This document shows, in pieces, positions 51,427 through 64,000 of a stretch of 64,000 nt of DNA. Where the stretch lies: positions 136,214,001 through 136,278,000 of the forward strand of contig NC_042998.1 in NCBI RefSeq assembly GCF_006345805.1, written 5' to 3'. Each line of letters begins with the position of its first letter. The first letter of the stretch is position 1. The notes under the pieces were generated by a model that was not told the DNA's origin, searched no databases, and saw only the letters and a program-made list of their open reading frames with translations. Both the position numbers and the translations under genes were made by a program. The DNA is from Octopus sinensis. Its lineage: Eukaryota.

Positions 51427-53818
51427 TATATATACATACATATATATAATGCATTATGTATGTATGTATGTATGTATGTATTTATGTATGTACGTATGTA
51501 TGCATAACAGGCTTCTTTCAGTTTCTGTCTATCAGATCCACTCACTAGGCTTTAGATATCCTCGGACTTTAATGAAAGACATTTGATCCTCCTCACCACC
51601 ACCACCATAATCACCATTGCCAAATGCACTTATGCCACATATGGAAACCACAGATATGATTATCTATGGACAATGTCTTTGTCTGTGATTAATCCAATAA
51701 AAATTGACTTTGCTATCTCAGCATGAAGCTAAATAGTTTGAAGGATTGCCATATCTTTTCTTTAATATAATTGTCTAAGGCAAATTATATGTGTAAACAT
51801 GTAAAAGCGTATTTATATGTGTTATTGGCACGTGTGTGTATGTGGTATGTGTATGCACTATTTTTCATCTTTATCTTTTACTTGCTTCAATCATTGGACA
51901 GCAGCCATACTGGGGCACCACCTTGAAGGGTTCAGTTTCACAAATCAACCTCAGTATTTTTTTTCTTTAAGTCTGGTACTAATTTTATTGGTCTCTTTTA
52001 CCAAACCACTAGGTTACAGGTACGTAAACAAACCAACACCAGTTGTCCAGCAGTGAAAGGTGACAAACAAAAGATGTACACATGTATACATATAGGGAGC
52101 ATAATATAATGAAGATAAGAAAGAGATAGAAATAAGAAGGTATTAAAGAGGCTGTGGAAAACAGATGGAGACGTAATAGGGACACATTAAGCTTACTGGC
52201 TAATTGCGACACAAGCATCTGTTCTGGAACTGTTGTTCTATATATTGCTGGTGGGAAGATGAGTCACTATCTCCAACGGTTGCCCATCCATCTTTGACAA
52301 GACCAAGGAAGGCTGAAATCATGCAATCTGGTGTTGATCCAGTGGTCTCAGCGATGGAAATGGCAAGGATTTATTTCCCTGCTAGTGAAATAAACAAGAG
52401 TGTGTTTTGCACCAAAGGTCAATGTGAGAGTTTCTTTCAGGTTCTCTTCCACATTATAGTTTGTCCTAACAGAACATCCATGTTTAAGTGGAGATAAATG
52501 TTACCTCTCAAACATATATGTATATTGTATTATACTTTCCAACCTCCATAATTACCACCATTTAAACATCCATTTCACCATGCATCTACAGGTGCCTCAA
52601 GGGCTACATGTCACCAATCATAACAGTCCTTTGTCATTTCTTCCATGAGATTTGGTATTCTAAAATCAGACTTAACCACCTTGTCCCATGTATATTTCCT
52701 TTTTGAGTGCTTATCTCTAAGCAAATCTCTTTCCTTTGATAAAAAAAAAAAAGCTATCAGTCGCAGGTTTGTTTTTCCATGGGAAATACTATTTTGTAAT
52801 ATTACACGCCAAAATGTCTTACAGTACTACAACTGCATACAGGAGTCATTGAAAATTAAATACTCTTTCACAGACACATTACAGAACTAATGAATCAATA
52901 TGAACCATCAACTTCTTAGTAGGTTGTTCTGTATGCTTTATGTTTGGCCTTCATGCTCACTCACAAAAGCAATGTATGTAAAGTGCATTACAGGCTATCA
53001 TCTAGGAAAGCAATAACTACTATGGAGGGGAGGAGTTTAGTTCTCCATAGCTTCACATGGGACAAATCCTCTGGCACCAGGAGTACTGTAAAATGCACTC
53101 AGGTCACACTCTAAGACATATAGAAGAAAGTGGCTAGTTTTCTTTGTGCAAGTTGACATATACCAAAGTGACTGATGAAAAGGTGTGTGATCTATCAAAT
53201 CCATGCCAGCATGGAAAAAGAGACATAAAACAGTACTGATGATGATGGTGATGACCTTAAGGGTACACCCTGATATCTCACCTCCACTGTCCTTCTTTTC
53301 CAGCTAGGGTAGCCATGCATCTTCTCTACAGTAAGACACCAATTCCTGTCCTTCTATCTACAGTACCATGCAAAAGTCTTTGGCCACTTTAAACTATTGT
53401 AAATTTCTACTAATTACCAACGTATAAGTGGATGTTTCACATTGCATTTTTTACAGATGAAACATTGGTCCCGTTGGAGTCATTTCCATAATTAATCATT
53501 ATATTTTGTAGCAGAGGTTCTGAATAAGAGAGGAAGATGTGAGATAACCACCAAAAGTCAAGATATAATGTTTTAAAACAGAAAAATGTCTATAATGAAA
53601 ATTTATTACATAATGTTCATTTCAAAAAGTTATTTTACATTGTTAATATTTCATGTGGCTTTCCTTAGATTGAATAATTGCTTCAATGCACCTGGGAAGC
53701 GATGCGTACAAATCCATTACCATCTTCACAGGTATGAGATGCCATTCTCTGTGGCTGAGATCCCACAACTCTTCAAAATTGCATTGAATAAAGGAATAAA
53801 GGACTATATCTTTATACA

Positions 53819-53890
<72 letters not shown>

Positions 53891-54509
53891 AAGAAAGAAA
53901 GAATGATAAACTCATTTGTAATTTGGAGGCCTCTCAATGTCATGTTATGCATCTTACAGCAGGCTATAATCTAACTGACCATCAATGCTATGCCACATTG
54001 ACCTTCAAGTTATACCCAGCCTTATCTCCATCAACATCTAAAAAATTGTTGAGTACATAAAGAGAATCCACTAAAGGCCTATGCAGGAAATGCTTTGAGC
54101 GATTGGTTGAAGGTTAAAAGAACCATGATGACCCTAAATGAAGATGGAGAGGGAAACATTGCATATAGATGAAACCATAACAACTGGACCACAATAAACC
54201 TTACTGGAAATGATAAAAATAGATGGAGACATGTATTTGTGAAATGTAGTAGTCTTCAAATTTGTTGGAAACCATACATACATACATACATACATACACA
54301 CATACATACATACATACATACACACATGCATACATACATCATCATCATCATCATCATCATCATTTAACGTCCGCTTTCCATGCTAGCATGGGTTGGACGG
54401 TTCAACTGGGGTCTGGGGAGCCCGAAAGCTGCACCAGTCCAGTCAGATCTGGCAGTGTTTCTACAGCTGGATGCCCTTCCTAACGCCAACCACTCCGAGA
54501 GTGTAGTGG

Positions 54510-57477
54510 GTGATTTTATGTGCCACCGACACAGGTGCCAGACGAGGCTGGCAAACGGCCACGCTCGGATGGTGTTTTTATGTGCCACCGACACAGGTGC
54601 CAGACGAGGCTGGCAGACGGCCACGCTCGGATGGTGTTTTTATGTGCCACCGACACAGGTGCCAGATGAGGCTGGCAAACGGCCACGATCGGATGGTGCT
54701 TGTTACGTGCCCACAGCACGGAGGCCAGTCGATGCGGTACTGGCTACGGCCACGTTCGGATGGTTTTCTTATGTGCCACGTGCCACCGGCACTGGTACCA
54801 TAAAGATACAAATTCCATTGATGTTCATCTATTTTGATTTGTTTTGATTTTCACTTGCCTCAACAGGTCTTCACAAGTGTCACAAGAAGGAAGGTATGCA
54901 CAGGTGGACTGACTACGTCCCAGGTAGGGGCCATGGGTTATGGCCTGACTAGTCTTGCCGGGTCTTCGGATGGTGTTTTTATGTGCCACCGACACAGGTG
55001 CTAGATGAGGCTGGCGAACGGCCACGATCGGATCGTGTTTGTCATGTGCCCACCGCACTGACTACAGCACTGATGGATTTCTTGTGTGCCACAGGCACTG
55101 GTACCACAAGATACAAATTCCATTGATGTTCATCTATTTTGTCTATTTTGATTTGATTTGATTTTCACTTGCCTCAACCGGTCTTCACAAGTGTCACAAG
55201 AAGGAAGGTATGCACAGGTGAACTGACTAGTCTTGCCGGGTCTTCGGAAGGTGTTTTTATGTGCCACCGACACAGGTGCCAGATGAGGCTGGCGAACGGC
55301 CATGATCGGATGGTGTTTGTTACGTGCCCACAGCACGGAGGCCGGTCGATGCGGAACTGGCTACGGCCACGTTCGGATAGTTCTCTTGTGTGCCACCGGC
55401 ACTGGTACCACAAAGTGTGTGCCACCGGCACTGGTACCACAAAGTGTGTGCCACGGCACTGGTACCATAAAGATACAAATTCCATTGATGTTCATCTATT
55501 TTGATTTGTTTTGATTTTCACTTGCCTCAACAGGTCTTCACAAGTGTCACAAGAAGGAAGGTATGCACAGGTGGACTGACTACGTCCCAGGTAGGGGCCA
55601 TGGGTTATGGCCTGACTAGTCTTGCCGGGTCTTCGGATGGTGTTTTTATGTGCCACCGACACAGGTGCTAGATGAGGCTGGCGAACGGCCACGATCGGAT
55701 CGTGTTTGTCATGTGCCCACCGCACTGACTACAGCACTGATGGATTTCTTGTGTGCCACAGGCACTGGTACCACAAGATACAAATTCCATTGATGTTCAT
55801 CTATTTTGTCTATTTTGATTTGATTTGATTTTCACTTGCCTCAACCGGTCTTCACAAGTGTCACAAGAAGGAAGGTATGCACAGGTGAACTGACTAGTCT
55901 TGCCGGGTCTTCGGAAGGTGTTTTTATGTGCCACCGACACAGGTGCCAGATGAGGCTGGCGAACGGCCATGATCGGATGGTGTTTGTTACGTGCCCACAG
56001 CACGGAGGCCGGTCGATGCGGAACTGGCTACGGCCACGTTCGGATAGTTCTCTTGTGTGCCACCGGCACTGGTACCACAAAGTGTGTGCCACCGGCACTG
56101 GTACCACAAAGTGTGTGCCACCGGCACTGGTACCACAAAGATACAGATTCCATTGATGTTCATCTATTTTGATTTGTTTTGATTTTGATTTTCACTTGCC
56201 TCAACAGGTCTTCACAAGTGTCACAAGAAGGAAGGTATGCACAGGTGGACTGACTACGTCCCAGGTAGGGGCCATGGGTTATGGCCTAACTAGTCTTCCC
56301 GGGTCTTCGGATGGTGTTTTTATGTGCCACCGACACAGGTGCTAGATGAGGCTGGCGAACGGCCACGATTGGATGGTGTTTGTCATGTGCCCACAGCACG
56401 GAGGCCAGTCGATGCGGTACTGGCTACGGCCACTTTCGGATGGTTTTCTCTTGTGTGCCACCGGCCCTGGTACCACAAAGATACAAATTCCATTGATGTT
56501 CATCTATTTTGATTTGTTTTGATTTTGATTTTGATTTTGATTTTCACTTGCCTCAACAGGCCTTCACAAGTATCACAAGGAGGAAGGTATGCACAGGTGG
56601 ACTGACTACGTCCCAGGTAGGGGCCATGGTTTATGGCCTGACTAGTCTTGCCGGGTCTTCGGATGGTGTTTTTATGTGCCACCGACACAGGTGCTAGATG
56701 AGGCTGGCGAACGGCCACGACCGGATGGTGTTTGTTATGTGCCCACAGCACGATGGCCAGTGATGCGGTACTGACTACGGCCATGTTCGGATGGATTCTT
56801 GTGTGCCACCGGCACTGGTACCACAAGCGGTACTGACTACTTTTTATGTGCCACCGACACAGGTGCTAGATGAGGCTGGCGAACGGCCACGACCGGATGG
56901 TGTTTGTTATGTGCCCACAGCACGATGGCCAGTGATGCGGTACTGACTACGGCCACGTTCGGATGGATTCTTGTGTGCCACCGGCACTGGTACCACAAGC
57001 GGTACTGACTACGGCCACGTTCGGATGGATTCTTGTGTGCCACCGGCACTGGAACCACAAAGATACAAATTCCATTGATGTTCATCTATTTTGATTTGTT
57101 TTGATTTTCACTTGCCTCAACAGGTCTTCACAAGTGTCACAAGAAGGAAGGTATGTACAGGTGGACTGACTACGTCCCAGGTAGGGCCCACGGGTTATGA
57201 CCTGACTAGTCTTGCCGGGTCTTCGGATGGTGTTTTTATGTGCCACCATGTCCCACAGCACGGAGGCCAGTCGATGCGGTACTGGCTACGGCCACGTTCG
57301 GATGGTTTTCTTGTGTGCCACAGGCACTGGTACCACAAAGATACAAATTCCATTGATGTTCATCTATTTTGATTGATTTTCACTTGCCTCAGCAGGTCTT
57401 CACAAGTGTCACAAGAAGGAAGGTATGCACAGGTGGATCGACTACGTCCCAGGTAGGGGCCACAGGATATGGCCTGA
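54510..57477 (-). repeat. Tandem array of 8 RTE 3'UTR-derived units (278-582 bp) with ~57-nt subrepeats
   Basis: Marker gatacaaattccattgatgttcatctatttt at 54805, 55110, 55472, 55777, 56140, 56480, 57062, 57340. Confidence 0.95.
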
Positions 57478-60197
57478 CTAGTCCTGCCGGGTCCTCTCAT
57501 GCACAGCACACTTCCATAGGACTCGGTCTTCAGTCATTTCCTTGGTGAGACCTAAAGTTCGAAGGTCATGCTTCACCACCTCGTCCCAGGTTTTCCTGGG
57601 TCTACCTCTTCCACAGGTTCCCTCAACTGCTAGGGTGTAGCACTTTTGCACACAACTATCTTCAGCCATTCTCGTCACATGACCATACCAGCGCAGCCGT
57701 CTCTCTTGCACACCACAACTGACACTTCTTAGGTTCAACTTTTCTCTCAAAGTACTTACACTCTGACGATTATGAACACTGACATTACACATCCATCGGA
57801 GCATACTGGCTTCATTTCTTGCAAGCTTACGCATATCCTCAGCTGTCACGGCCCATGTTTCACTACCATGTAGCATGGCTGTACGTACACACGCATCATA
57901 TAGTCTGCCTTTTACTCTTAGCGAGAGGCCTTTTGTCACCAGCAGGGGTAAGAGCTCTCTAAACTTTGCCCAGGCTATTCTTACTCTAGCAGTTACACTT
58001 TCAGCACACCCACCCCCGCTACTGACTTGGTCTCCTAGGTAGCGGAAGCTATCGACTACTTCTAGTTTGTCTCCCTGGAACGTGGTAGAAGTTGGTCTCT
58101 GCACATTTCCAGTGTTTATTTCTCCTGAGCATCTGCCACAGACAAAAACTATTTTCTTAGTTAGCCTTCCTTTGACATTGCTGCACCTCTTATGTGTCCA
58201 TAGCTTACACTTGGTGCACCTTATAGAGTTTCTACCTACACCTTTTTTACAGATCGAGCAGGGCCATCTACCTGAAGTCGTTTGTGGTTGGTCCACCTTC
58301 CTACTTATTAGGACTTTGGTTTTGGCTAGGTTGATTCTAAGGCCCTTCGATTCTAATCCTTGTTTCCACACCTGAAACTTCTCCTCCAGTTCTGATAGTG
58401 ACTCAGCAATTAGAGCAAGGTCATCAGCATATAGGAGCTCCCAGGGGCATCCTGTCTTAAATTCTTCCGTTATTGCCTGGAGGACTATGATAAATAGGAG
58501 GGGGCTGAGGACTGAACCTTGGTGGACCCCAACCTCTACCCGGAATTCTTCACTGTACTCGTTGCCAACCCTCACCTTACTAGCTGCGTCTCTGTACATG
58601 GCTCGCACAGCTCTCACTAACCATTCATCTATCCCTAGTTTCCTCATTGACCACCAGATAAGGGATCGGTGGACCCTGTCAAAGGCTTTCTCTAAGTCAA
58701 CAAAAGCCAGGTACAAGGGCTTACCTTTGGCTAGGTATTTCTCCTGCAGCTGTCTTACCAGGAATATAGCATCAGTAGTACTTTTCCCTGGCACGAACCC
58801 AAACTGCATATCATCTAAGCTAACTCTCTCTCTAATTAACTGGGCTATAACCCTCTCCGTAACCTTCATTACCTGATCCAACAGCTTGATGCCCCTGTAG
58901 TTATTTGTATCTAGGGCATCGCCTTTACCTTTGTAGCAGTTGACTATTATGCTGCTACACCAGTCATTGGGTATGACTCCTTCGTGTATCACCTGGTTAA
59001 CTATACGGGTGACTATGCTATAGCCGACACTACCAGATATTTTGAGCATCTCTGCAGTAATTCCTGATGGGCCTGGGGCTTTCCCTGTCTTCATGCTTCT
59101 AATTGCCTTAGCTACCACGGAACTATCAACTCGGATAGCTGGTCCCTCTGTTGGGTCAACATTCGGCAGACTCTCTTTATCCCATTCATTTTCCTCATTC
59201 AGCAACCTTTCATAGTGGCGTCTCCAAGCTTCTCTCTTTGCATCCTCATTTAGCGCAAGTGAACCATCCTCCATGCGAACACATTTCTCTCCTACCACAT
59301 CTCGATTCTCTCTCACACACTGTCTTGCAACACGAAATACCTCAAGTCTTTCATCCTCACGGCACAGGACATTGGCAAATTTTCTTTTATCTGCTTCCCC
59401 TCTGGCTAGATAGACCTGTCTCCTAGCTTCCCTTCTGGCAGTCTGATACACTTCCCTGCTACCACCGTTCTTCCAGGCCTTCCAAGCCTGTTTCTTTTGT
59501 CTAATAGCCCTATCAACAATATTGTTCCACCACCATGTTATTTTGGGTCTTAAGGGGACTTTGCACCAGCCACAGATCTGGTCAGCGGCTTTCAGCAGGT
59601 TGTCCCTCAGAAACGTCCAGTTGTCTTCTACCCCATGTGTAGCTATACCCCCTTCCACTTCGTCAAAGGCTTCAAGTAACATATCTCTAAATCTCTGTCC
59701 ATTCGCAGGGTCTTTAAGCTTCCAGACCCTTCTTCTCCATGTTGGTCGTCTTCTAGTCGCCCTCTTAGTCCTGATCCTAAAGTCACTAACTACCAGTCTA
59801 TGTTGTGGGGTGCATTCTTCGCCTGGGAAGGTTTTGGCATTTATAAGCAGCCATCTTTCCCTTTTTCTGGCGAGGATGTAGTCGATTTGGCTAGTATGCC
59901 GGCCCGATCGGTAGGTGACCAGGTGGCTTGTTGGTTTCCTGAAGTTAGTGTTGCAGATCATAAGACTATTCGCATCGCAGAACTCCAGCAGCCTGGTTCC
60001 CTCCTCGTTGCGGGAACCATAACCGTAGCCTCCATGCACGCCATGGAAGCCCCCAGCATGTCTTCCAACATGCCCATTGAAATCACCAGCCACAAAGAGA
60101 AGGTCCCTGTCGTTCGTCAATGAGGTGGTCTGCAGTAGGGTGTCATAGAAACTGTCTTTCTGTCCATCGGGTAGCCCTGGCTGAGGGGCATAGGCCG

Positions 60198-60198
<1 letters not shown>
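57478..60198 (-). CDS. RTE polyprotein: partial APE endonuclease + reverse transcriptase + embedded PHD finger
   Basis: Uninterrupted frame (880 aa in the track plus 26 more codons SAYAPQPG..). Motifs AGDFNGHVG, SQIDYIL, NYRGIKLL, QFGF, FVDLEKAFD, GVHQGSVLSP, YADD, FRYLG, GRGRPRKTW. Confidence 0.95.
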
Positions 60199-60230
<32 letters not shown>

Positions 60231-61929
60231 ATATATATTTCTTTTATTCATTTATTTTTTTATGCATTTCAATTCAAAGGGTATGGCCATGCTGGGGCAT
60301 TGCCAGTCACAAATACATGCACGCATGAACACACACACACACACATACACATATTTATTTAATTATATAACTGTGTGTATGTATATATTGGCATGTGTGT
60401 GTGTGAACAGGAAGATTATATATAACCACAATGTATGCACCGGTATGCCTATATATATATATATATATGTGTATGCATGTATTTATGGTTGCAGCATTTG
60501 AAACGTATTTATAGATTTGACCTATTAGAAGGGCTTCAAATACATATTCGTAGTTAGCATAAACCATATGTGTGTTTGTACTTGTATGTTTATGTCTCCA
60601 TAGTTCATTTCTTTTTCTTTTATCTTTCCTTTCCTATCTTATCAACATACCTAGATATAAAGTTGGCAGCCATTGTTGTTTGACATCCGCAGTGGATAAT
60701 ACATTGCTGGAAATGCAGTAAGTTATAACAGGATAAGCAGTATCAATATGACTGGTTATTGATTTGTTTATTGAACTGCTACAAGTCCTGCAGATGGTGA
60801 TGGCATCTCATACACTTTTACGGCTTGCATCTTATTTATCTTAAGAGGTAACAGAATACAAGCTTTTATTTAGCCAAGGAAGGTAATATGGTAACAAAAT
60901 GTCTTTTCAAGCTACTGCTGTTTTTTTGTTGTTTATTTTATTAATTTTTTTGTGCCCTGAAACATATAAGGTCGGTTACCTCTTTTCCATAGCACAAAGT
61001 GACCGAGGTCACAACATTCCTCCTAAATGGGATGTCAGTCCATTGCAACATTCAAAACAAGCATTTTGGTGGGGGATTTGGCAAATCAGTTACATTGATC
61101 CCTGTACTTTACTGGTACTTATTTTATCAACCCCAAAAGGATGAAAGGCAAAATTAACTTTGGTAGGATTTGAACTCAAAACATAAAAAGCTATGAGAAA
61201 TGCCACTAAACATTTCGCCTGATGTGCTAATAACTCTGTCAGTCTGCGATCTTTTGCTACTGCTACTGTTTTGGACAAATTAAATAATAAATAATAGCCA
61301 GATGTTCAGATGCATAATCATAAAAATTAATTATGATTTCTGATTGAAACTTTGATGAGTATGAAAATTGAGAGCTGAAACTAAATATTAAATATTCATG
61401 TCTTTTATTGACTATTTGTTTTGTTATAAGGTTGTAATTGTTATACTTAGAAACTTTGTCATAAGTGTGTTTGATCATTGAAAATATAAAGAGGTCTTGA
61501 CAAGCATTAAGATGAACTACGGGTGTGTTTATCAGCAAAAGAATAACATGTGCCAAAAATAAGGAAAAACGTGACTTCTTCTATTAAGTGACTTGACACT
61601 GCTGTGACATGCTGGACAACATGCTTAATTGCATTCAATATGGTATCTAGAATATATCTGCTTGTAAATGTCTTTTGTGTTGTATTTGCTTTTCATCATT
61701 CCAGAGTTGATAAATTACATTAATATTCATACTGCTTCTTACAAAAAGACAAAAAGGACAGGTACTTAAACAAAAAATAAATATATTCATTTATAGAGAT
61801 GATATAGAAGAATTCAGTTCTTGGTTTTTATGTTGAAGCTTCTAGAATCAAGCTTAACCCTTCGCTTGTCCAAAGCATTTTTAAAAGTTTGTCTTAAATG
61901 TCCATGCTTATTTCCAAACTTATAGTTAA

Positions 61930-62083
61930 CCCTTGTTTCATATGTTCTGAGTAATATAACACTTTCCTTTCCCATGTTACTGTGGTGGTTGAAAAAAATT
62001 GGGAATGTGTGTCGTATTTGATGCATGGATGCCAGGAAAATTTGTCCTGAGTACCACATGTATTCGACAGGACAGGACAAAGG
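61930..62083. mobile_element. Short piggyBac-type MITE
   Basis: TTAA|CCCTTGT...ACAAGGG|TTAA. Confidence 0.6.
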
Positions 62084-63132
62084 GTTAAATTGAAGTCATC
62101 TTAGAACAGAACTTTAGATACACATGTATAAGAAATACTTTGGAGAATCTCTTTGCAATATAGCAATAAAAACAAACTGTTTTATCTAGTTTATTAATTT
62201 AACCCATCCAATTGATATTTCTAGACTCATTATTATACACTGATTAGTTCATACTAGTGTTCTCTCATCTATGTAGTTATAGTAAAAATATTTTGGTCAA
62301 GAATCATTATCATTATCATCTTCATCATTTATCGTCCATTTTCCATGTAGACATGGGTTGGATAGGATCTGATGAGCTGCAGAACTTCGTCAGGCCCTAA
62401 TATCAGCTTTGGTATGGTTTCTACAACTGGATGCACTTTCTAATGTTAAAAAGTTTTATTTAAAAGTTATGCTTTTCATTCAGCAGCATGTTTTGAAACT
62501 AAATGGAAGTGGATCTTCATTCAAAGATGAAGTTTCAGTTGTTTGATCAACCGAATCACTTGCTTCTGAATTAACATGAAACTGGCTAAGTATTCCACAG
62601 ACTAGCATGACACATGGTATGTGACATGGCTGTTCTTTTAAATTACAAAAACAGTTCAGCCAACATGCTTCTACAGAGTTTCAGTTTACCGATTTCATTA
62701 ACTAGGTCAGCCCAAAATTATAGAAAATTCTATTTACCCAAGATTCCAAGTTATGAGATTGAAACCAGGACTTCATAGTTATGGAGCAAACTTCATAAAC
62801 AATTTGTATCAACTGAAGCTTAATACAGTATGCATAAACTATAATGCATACAGTATGCGTAAGCTTATAATCTGGCAAAAATAAAAAGATCAAAGCTCCT
62901 TCCCGAGCCATAGGATCATAAGGCCAGTTTTGGGGATTTTGTGGTCTTTATGTTCCTTCTTGGATGAATGCTAGTCCATTGCATGATTGCTCATTTTCAC
63001 CAGCAGAGTGGAGTGGAGCAATGTGAAATGAAGTGTTTTGTTCAAGAACACAATGCATCATGCAGTCTAGGAATTGAAACCATAATCTTATGATCATGAG
63101 AGCAGCACCCTAACCACTAGGCCATGCACTTT

Positions 63133-63823
63133 CACATAGCTTATAATACAAATATATTATAGCTTATAATACAAATGTATTGCAATAAGCTATAACGTAA
63201 ATGTACTTTAGCTTAGTGCTTTCGGCATTCTACGAAGCTTTGTTCTCATAGGATATGCTCTTACATTAATATTTCTAGCATGGACCTCTCCATGATCCTT
63301 TGTGTTGTAGCCAATTGATGTTCTTCCTTCTTTGTAGTAGCTTACCTCTCACTTGTGTATAAGACTGCAAATGTTGAGTAGCATTCAAGAAATCAGAAAA
63401 GGTCACTTTAAAGGCCTCCAAGATAATAGAAAGACAATTTAGTTAAACAATTTGGGCCAAGATGGAAAAGAATGATGCAACCAAGAAAGAATTGGAAGTG
63501 CTTCATATTATACAGACAAGAAAGTAATATTCTGAATATAGTGTAGCTGTGAAAACATCAGAAAAATTGGGTATCTTACCCTTATAAGACAAAAAGGATG
63601 CTGGCAGAATACTGAAAGCGCAAAGCTATTGTATATTTACAATATAGTTTTCTGTAATACATTTGTATTATAAGCTATAATATATTTCTATTATAAGCTA
63701 TGTGGTAAAGGCTGTCTGCTGGCCACCTTTCCCATCTTAAAAGGGTAAAATACCTAATCTTTCTGCTGCTTTCATGGCTATACTGCATTCAAAATATTAC
63801 TTCCTTGTCTGTATATGAAACAC
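63133..63823. repeat. Two interleaved inverted-repeat pairs (A..B-A'-B')
   Basis: A 63133-63238 vs A' 63600-63704; B 63498-63597 vs B' 63726-63823. Confidence 0.85.
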
Positions 63824-64000
63824 ATTCGATGTTTCCAAAAACAAAAAAAAAAGTTTGTTTACATATGTAATTGGAAGTGGATTGTGACAGCAGTGTACAA
63901 CAACATCTGGTCAATAAAGTGATTACAACTTAATAAACTAAATTACAAAAACGAAAAGTAATTTTGAAAAATATTTCTTATTTTCAGTGCTTTCATTGAA

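Larger units (their letters stand above)
54337..60198 (-). mobile_element. Young RTE-clade LINE, 5'-truncated in the endonuclease, with tandemly expanded 3'UTR
   Basis: ORF 60198-57478, then 3'UTR array, then terminal tail and (GAT)n at 54337-54363; 5' junction in (AT)n, 3' junction in (TACA)n. Confidence 0.95.

Noticed and set aside
52204-52497. 97-aa plus-strand ORF in slightly GC-richer sequence
   Set aside because: No motif or convincing splice context recognised.
54510-57477. CRISPR-like repeat/spacer appearance
   Set aside because: The intervening segments are themselves repeated and homologous to an RTE 3'UTR; eukaryotic context with no cas genes.
58067-60123. Plus-strand ORFs over the RTE, and similar ORFs over Tx1 (28586-31253)
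   Set aside because: Antisense or alternate-frame shadows of GC-rich retroelement coding sequence.

Overview
AT-rich, microsatellite-dense animal genomic DNA. The repeat content (tRNA-headed SINEs, RTE tails ending in (GAT)n, Tx1, mariner) points to a cephalopod, probably Octopus; this is an inference. The only host gene I can support is a minus-strand synaptotagmin-4/11-like gene: a 570-nt C2A exon (11232-11801) splices in phase 0 across an 11.1-kb intron to the first C2B exon (1-122, running off the window edge). Its N-terminal/TM exon was not identified, so everything above 11.8 kb may be intron or upstream sequence. The rest is repeats: two young Tx1-clade LINE copies, an RTE LINE with a ~900-codon open frame, mariner/Tc1/hAT/piggyBac-type DNA elements and many SINEs. 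Most interesting: (1) hammerhead-ribozyme-like motifs in five unrelated short elements, including a near-intact type I hammerhead at 13784-13843 and a composite tRNA-head + (AAT)n + hammerhead-tail SINE at 42430-42790; (2) a Tx1 LINE inserted twice into (TATC)n in the same strand and phase, suggesting GATA-microsatellite targeting; (3) an RTE 3'UTR amplified into an 8-unit nascent satellite with a 667-bp higher-order repeat; (4) a possible dual-use AG|GTAAGT splice junction at the C2A exon; (5) many foldbacks. All alignments and folds were done by eye; repeat boundaries are approximate.
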